Of a DNA stretch of 64,000 nt, positions 63,724 to 64,000 are shown piece by piece; position 1 is the first letter of the stretch, and each line of letters begins with the position of its first letter. Origin of the DNA: Takakia lepidozioides (taxonomy: Eukaryota > Plantae > Bryophyta); NCBI GenBank assembly GCA_030704615.1, contig CM060731.1, positions 9,114,001-9,178,000 on the forward strand. Direction: 5' to 3'. Under the pieces are notes generated by a model that saw nothing but the letters and a program-made list of their open reading frames with translations, made no database searches and was not told the origin of the DNA. Made by a program: the position numbers and the translations under genes.

Positions 63724-64000
63724 CTGCAAACACATGGAATTGGTATGCGAGCAAAGAAACATGTCCACACATATTCCCTGTGCCGCATTGGGAGTATAAT
63801 TCTCCCGCAATACAATGTGCCAAACATTGGGAACTAACCCCACGTAGCTGTTCCTGCTCCAACGTTAACCTAAGCCTGGGGACAATGGATTGATGAGGTA
63901 TTCCACAAAAGCTCAGCCAAGCAGTTACAATATTGTCGATGCACGATTAACAAAAGCCAAGCTTCTGAAACAGCTTCAAATTCCTGATTTCATGAATTGA

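Overview
Eukaryotic nuclear DNA from a land plant, most likely a non-seed plant (inferred from gene and TE content, not proven). Host genes with spliceosomal introns: plastid thioredoxin y (+, 20867-27251), a HUA2/HULK-like CID-domain gene (-, 38455-44796), an ARG1/ARL-type DnaJ gene (-, 49470-57004), exon(s) of a THUMPD/UPF0020-like RNA methyltransferase at the right edge, and an F-box pseudogene. The rest is dense with transposable elements. The standout is a Ty3/Gypsy LTR retrotransposon (1-6927). Its pol has a DNMT3-like C5 cytosine methyltransferase between protease and RT, and a PHD finger after the integrase, so it carries a chromatin writer and a reader; this copy is frameshifted. Also present: a long-TIR Mutator-like element with an unknown zinc-finger second gene and GATCCCC arrays; two TTAA-associated piggyBac-like non-autonomous elements; a hAT MITE with a perfect 8-bp TSD; two tRNA-derived SINEs; three copies of a (TC)n-associated LINE in one intron; a Crinkler/RHS-like nuclease relic in an AT-rich decayed block; and an L1 LINE with a precise 1.38-kb internal inversion. 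All calls come from manual reading and motif recall; no searches were run.
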